Virus record (IMG/VR): IMGVR_UViG_3300030419_003599
Span: 44,651 to 108,650 of that record
Strand: one strand, 5' to 3'
From: a virus
DNA: 64,000 nucleotides
The notes under the pieces were generated by a model that saw only the letters and a list, made by a program, of their open reading frames with translations, was not told the origin of the DNA and ran no database searches. Positions 59,996-64,000 of the stretch are shown here, in pieces (position 1 is the first letter of the stretch; the number at the start of each line of letters is the position of its first letter). A program made the position numbers and the translations under genes.

Positions 59996-60016
59996 ATTGT
60001 TGATGGTTCTTAAAGG
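59996..60016 (-). promoter_or_regulatory. Conserved promoter motif copy 11
   Basis: + strand attgttgatggttcttaaagg. Confidence 0.8.
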
Positions 60017-60115
60017 AAAGATTGTCAGTGCGCACACGACAGAGAATGGTGGCTTCGCCATCTCCCTAGTCCTGTTTGCTATAGAACGATGCACTGCGCC
60101 CCTGTAGTATATTTG

Positions 60116-60362
60116 ATGTCCCCAATGTTCCCAATGTTTATCCCAATGGGTTGATACATTCTATCGCTACTGAAAGAACGCCAACCACAGAAGAACGGCT
60201 ACCCCAATGTAACAAGTATAGTATTAATGTCCTTATATGTATGTAGTAGTATAGAGTTGGGTTGATTGGTTGGGGTGGTGCTACTGATAGAGACTAAAGA
60301 ACGGCTTGGGTAGTTGGTATGTCTAAAGTGGGTTGTGTAAACATTGGAAACATTGGGGACAT
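60116..60362. repeat. 25-bp inverted repeat flanking an AT-rich core; candidate replication origin
   Basis: atgtccccaatgttcccaatgttta (60116-60140) versus the reverse complement of 60338-60362, 1 mismatch; extra CCCAATG copies nearby. Confidence 0.7.
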
Positions 60363-60745
60363 GGTGGAGAGTTGGAGTGCTGACAAACGATAGACTGCGC
60401 CCTTGTTTGTCCTTGGTGGAGGGCAATCTCCCGCGCGTAAGGGGTCGGATTATTGCCAAGATTGAGTGGCGAATGCGCTCCGCCTTGACTAAGGTGGAAT
60501 TGTCTGGGTGCAGACGGCTCCGACCATCATCACCATTCTATACAGGCTCGCAGTACAGCGTTTTCATCAGAGCCTATCGCAGGTGCAACGATTGATGAAC
60601 GGCTCCACCCGTATGGGTGGCGTGCTTTGGCTCAAGGATGAGGCGAGGTGAGCAAGCGAGAGTGAGCGTGGCTGGTTCGGCGTTGTATTATCGCAGAGGC
60701 GCACGGCATCCCGCATCCAGCGGGCACAAATGCGTGGGCACAAAT

Positions 60746-60778
60746 AAAAAAAGGGGGGCAGCCTCTCGGCTACCCCCC
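60746..60778 (-). terminator. Hairpin plus oligo-T terminator
   Basis: Minus strand GGGGGGTAGCC-GAGA-GGCTGCCCCCC then a T7 run, about 50 nt after the stop of 60830..61684. Confidence 0.7.
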
Positions 60779-60829
60779 AAGGATGGATGACACGGAGGCT
60801 ATGCCCCCGTGCCACCCGTGTTCGCTGTC

Positions 60830-61684
60830 TCAAATCAAGCCGTTGTCACGAAGTGCCTGCACTTGTAGTTCAATTGCTTCGCTGACTTGCGCCTTTGTCC
60901 AAGACTTCTTCACACTTATACCGAGCATCTCTGCACGGGTGATGAGTGCTGCTTTGGTGATGTTCGCAGGTGTCGCAGGTGTTGCTGCTGCTACTTCCGT
61001 GCCCGCATCCTCGCTTGGTTTGACGACCATTTCACCGCTTCGTGCGTTCACGAGTACTGCTCTTGCGTCAGTCTTGCGCTGTGCTTTGTCGGTTTCATGC
61101 CAGTCATCCCCGTAGCATACACGGTTGATTGCTGCTGCTGCTTTGCGTGCTGATGGGTAAGTGGTTTTGAGTAGTTGCTTCAACGCATCCTTGTCAGCGT
61201 GTGCTTGGTCAATGTTGCTCTCATCAAAGGCGGTCTTATCCACCTTGAAGCCGCCGTTCTCGGCGATTTTCGCTGTGCGTGCTGCTTTCCTGTCAGCACT
61301 GCTCTTTGCCCATAGGTCGTTGCCAACTAGGCCACGCCACACGGGGTTCTTGCCTCTAGGTGGTATGATGCTCAAGTTCTCCGCTAGCACAGGGTTGCCC
61401 CATCCGCCCTCGCTCCCACCAGTGGGTTCGTAGGTCTTGCGCTCATCAATCAAGCGGAACACCATGCTGGTTGCCCACTCGGACACTTGTGCAGCCGTGT
61501 GTGCTACGCCCACAGGCTGTCTGTCATCGTCTCGGATGATGGATGCACTGGGCACGCCACCCTCCATTGAGAGAGCCACGCCGACAAGCGTGGCTGCTTT
61601 TCCGTTCTTCACTGCAAGCATAAGCGGGGCGTGAGCCCCTGCAAGCAGGTCTGCATTACTAGGTACAGGTTCATGTTTTGCCAT
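60830..61684 (-). CDS. Ala/Lys-rich hypothetical protein, first gene of the minus-strand block
   Basis: 284 aa with GGAGG RBS, own promoter copy and terminator. Confidence 0.8.
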   Translation of the reverse strand: MAKHEPVPSNADLLAGAHAPLMLAVKNGKAATLVGVALSMEGGVPSASIIRDDDRQPVGVAHTAAQVSEWATSMVFRLIDERKTYEPTGGSEGGWGNPVLAENLSIIPPRGKNPVWRGLVGNDLWAKSSADRKAARTAKIAENGGFKVDKTAFDESNIDQAHADKDALKQLLKTTYPSARKAAAAINRVCYGDDWHETDKAQRKTDARAVLVNARSGEMVVKPSEDAGTEVAAATPATPANITKAALITRAEMLGISVKKSWTKAQVSEAIELQVQALRDNGLI

Positions 61685-61707
61685 GTTTTCTCCTCCGTAC
61701 TTTCTCT

Positions 61708-61728
61708 ATTGCTGATGGTTCTTAAAGG
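61708..61728 (-). promoter_or_regulatory. Conserved promoter motif copy 12
   Basis: + strand attgctgatggttcttaaagg. Confidence 0.8.
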
Positions 61729-62164
61729 ACTAGCCAATTTTAGGACGACTCACACATTACGAACCCGTATTTGTGCCCGTATGAGAACAGGATGGCTTTT
61801 GTGCCACACAGTTGCGCGCTTAAAGAAGAACAATACATGAGAGTCCAACCGTATGGGTGGGTCAAGGGTTTGGCTTGCAGCGAAAGTGGGGGGAGCATGG
61901 TGCTGTCCTCCCGCCCGCCATCATGTCATGTCATACCTGATGAGGGGAGCGTGACGCTGAATGTAAGGAGCCACTTACTTGGTAGCAGTACCTCGTTTAG
62001 CCCCCCACCAACAACGCTATTCTCCTGTGCCTCACGCTCACGGTACAGGGGTGGAGGGTAACGCTACCGAAGGTAGCATTACGCTCCATGAGAGAGGGGC
62101 GCGTGCGAGAGGTGCGATTCCGGTACGGCGTGCGCCCTTGGCTATAGACCGTGACACTGAAGCC

Positions 62165-62238
62165 TTGTGCCCAACATTTGTGCCCAACATTTGTGCCGCC
62201 CTTCGCCGGAGGCACACAATTGTGCCTAACATTTGTGC
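62165..62238. repeat. Tandem 13-bp repeats TTGTGCCCAACAT
   Basis: About 2.5 copies at 62165-62197 and a variant at 62220-62238. Confidence 0.85.
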
Positions 62239-62348
62239 TCCTTTAGTCGCACACAGCGCTGTAACAATTTTTTCGTGGAGGGCCTTTTTCAAAAAAATTG
62301 CACAATTTTTTCCCCAACCTTAATTTGTCTCCTCTCCTTCGGAGCCAC

Positions 62349-62702
62349 ATGGCTAACCCGTTTGACAGTGCTTGGTCTCTTCTCAAACACTACAGCCAAG
62401 GGATACCGTATGATTTGGGGAACAGGGGCACAAATAGAGGTCGGAAATGGAGAGTTCAAGTTCCCGCAGTAGGAGGTACTGAGGCTGATATACAACAAGG
62501 TCTTAGACCCGATGCCCTAAGTCCTATACCCGAAGATACGAGCGCTATGGATGCTCTCGCCTCGGGGACAAGACAAGATTTAATCAATATGGTTTTAGCG
62601 TCAATTCAACAAATGTCTGATGATGATTTATTGAATCTTCTCCAATCCACCCAAGGTGGATTAATAAGTACATTGGGGCCGCCTAATATGCCTCCCAGTT
62701 AA
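62349..62702 (+). CDS. Hypothetical protein with N-terminal PFDSAWSLLK motif
   Basis: GGAG RBS before ATG 62349. Confidence 0.65.
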   Translation: MANPFDSAWSLLKHYSQGIPYDLGNRGTNRGRKWRVQVPAVGGTEADIQQGLRPDALSPIPEDTSAMDALASGTRQDLINMVLASIQQMSDDDLLNLLQSTQGGLISTLGPPNMPPS

Positions 62703-62710
62703 GATATGAG

Positions 62711-62896
62711 ATGAGTGACATGAACGCATTTGATATCGCTTGGTCTGTCTTGAAAGATAACCCTTATGATTGGCAAGGCCACGAGTTTGATACCCGCTGC
62801 CCTAAATGTGGAAAAGGCATTTATCGTGAAGACGAAGATGACTTGCTATTTATTCGTGAAATGGGTATGTGCACTGATTGTGTCATGAATAGTTAG
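62711..62896 (+). CDS. Small zinc-finger protein with N-terminal AFDIAWSVLK motif
   Basis: CPKC...CTDC. Confidence 0.7.
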   Translation: MSDMNAFDIAWSVLKDNPYDWQGHEFDTRCPKCGKGIYREDEDDLLFIREMGMCTDCVMNS

Positions 62897-62936
62897 TAAG
62901 CGAAACTTCATGGTATGAGCCCCTTTGGGGCTATGT

Positions 62937-64000
62937 ATGAGCAGCCCGCTTGATATCGCTATGCGTTTGCTCAAAATGCCAGTTATTGATACTGGTGTCC
63001 CCGGATTAAGAATGGCTTATGACATTGATGATGAAGTAAGTGAAGCGCGGCAATCTCATCCTCAAGGCGTCATAGGCAATAGCCCTTTAATTTCTAACAG
63101 ACAAGATGAAATCTCAGATATGACTCCTAATCAATACTTTGACCTCTTAAATCAATTTTTCATGCAAGAGTATGGTATGAGGTTACCTGATAAAGATGCA
63201 GACTATCGTTGGGCTAATATGAGAATAGGGGTCGGGACACCTAAAGAGCACATAGATAACATGGTGCAAGGTATAGGTGAAGGTCAGGTTATGGGGATGC
63301 CTTCTTTGTATTTAGAAAACGATGGGAGAGGTAACTTTTCTCCGACAGGGCAGCAAGAAGGCGGTCATCGTATGGAGGCTCTAAGGCAAATGGGACATGG
63401 CGATACTCCTGTCCCTGTTCTTCAACAAAAGCGAGGTTACAACAAAGGCGAACCAATGGACATCGCTATGCGGTTGCTCAAGGATGATGATGAGCAAGAA
63501 TCATATGAGCAGTATATCCGCCGATTAAAAGAAAGAACCCCACAAGAGTTTGACGAGTTTGATTTGAAGGAAGGGTACCATCCTGATTGGTGGCCGATAG
63601 TTGATGCTCGGCAGGGTGTCCCACTTTCACCAGTCCGAGAAGAGATGGAAAATACTGGCATGAATAAGCCACATAGATTCATCCATGAAACAGGACACCA
63701 AGTCCCATTAGACGAATTACCTATGGATGACCAATACAATGCTCGTTATATGGCACAGTGGGAACGGGACGAGATGGGTGTGCCCCCGCCCGGTGCTGTT
63801 GAACCTATAGATGAAGAGTTACAGCCATACTTAGATGAGTTAGCCGAATCTACTGGGGGAACCGGGTATCCTTGGGGCTATATCCCTGCGCCTCTATACA
63901 ATGAAGAAACAGGATTCACTCGTAGCGAACCAATGGACCTCGCTATGCGGTTGTTGAAACTTGAATTAGCACCACCTATGACTCAAGGTGTTGAAGAGCA
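62937..64000 (+). CDS. Multi-module protein with repeated PxDxAMRLLK motifs and a ParB/sulfiredoxin-like first module; runs off the window, absent from the ORF track
   Basis: Hand translation is open from ATG 62937 to the window end. EGGHRMEALRQMG..TPVPV resembles the ParB/Srx GxHR motif. Confidence 0.8.
   Translation, partial: MSSPLDIAMRLLKMPVIDTGVPGLRMAYDIDDEVSEARQSHPQGVIGNSPLISNRQDEISDMTPNQYFDLLNQFFMQEYGMRLPDKDADYRWANMRIGVGTPKEHIDNMVQGIGEGQVMGMPSLYLENDGRGNFSPTGQQEGGHRMEALRQMGHGDTPVPVLQQKRGYNKGEPMDIAMRLLKDDDEQESYEQYIRRLKERTPQEFDEFDLKEGYHPDWWPIVDARQGVPLSPVREEMENTGMNKPHRFIHETGHQVPLDELPMDDQYNARYMAQWERDEMGVPPPGAVEPIDEELQPYLDELAESTGGTGYPWGYIPAPLYNEETGFTRSEPMDLAMRLLKLELAPPMTQGVEE

Noticed and set aside
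60199-60833. ORF-track calls in the 60.0-60.8 kb and 61.7-62.3 kb gaps
   Set aside because: Atypical composition, overlap with repeats and the terminator, no RBS; treated as non-coding.
60017-62340. tRNA or other known RNA genes in the intergenic gaps
   Set aside because: No cloverleaf or T-loop GTTCRA signature recognised by eye; tRNAscan-SE or Infernal would be needed to exclude them formally.

Overview
The window is a fragment of a tailed dsDNA virus of marine archaea. It most resembles the Magroviruses that infect Marine Group II Euryarchaeota/Poseidoniales; this is inferred from gene content (viral TFB, group II chaperonin, archaeal-type PolB, PCNA-like clamp, RFC, fused PriS-PriL primase, ERCC4 nuclease). 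Layout: (i) 1-19.6 kb, + strand tail module dominated by a >5,400-aa LamG-containing protein that is cut off at the left edge; (ii) 19.5-61.7 kb, a single minus-strand block of replication and transcription genes followed by many small, tightly coupled putative early genes, punctuated by 12 copies of a 21-bp promoter-like motif (CCTTTAAGAACCATCAGCAAT); (iii) a repeat-rich non-coding zone at about 60.0-62.3 kb with an origin-like inverted repeat around an AT-rich core; (iv) a new + strand unit from 62.35 kb. The most novel-looking signals are: a shared (P/A)xD-x-A-(W/M)-x-x-L-K peptide that starts three consecutive + strand proteins and recurs between domains of the third (candidate virion-targeting or protease-cleavage tag); a tandem array of six MIDTDK...LLAEVKRLRE mini-genes built from nucleotide-level repeats; and a co-transcribed PEP-utiliser-type dikinase plus CX5R phosphatase pair. 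All functional calls come from motifs recognised by eye. No database searches were run.
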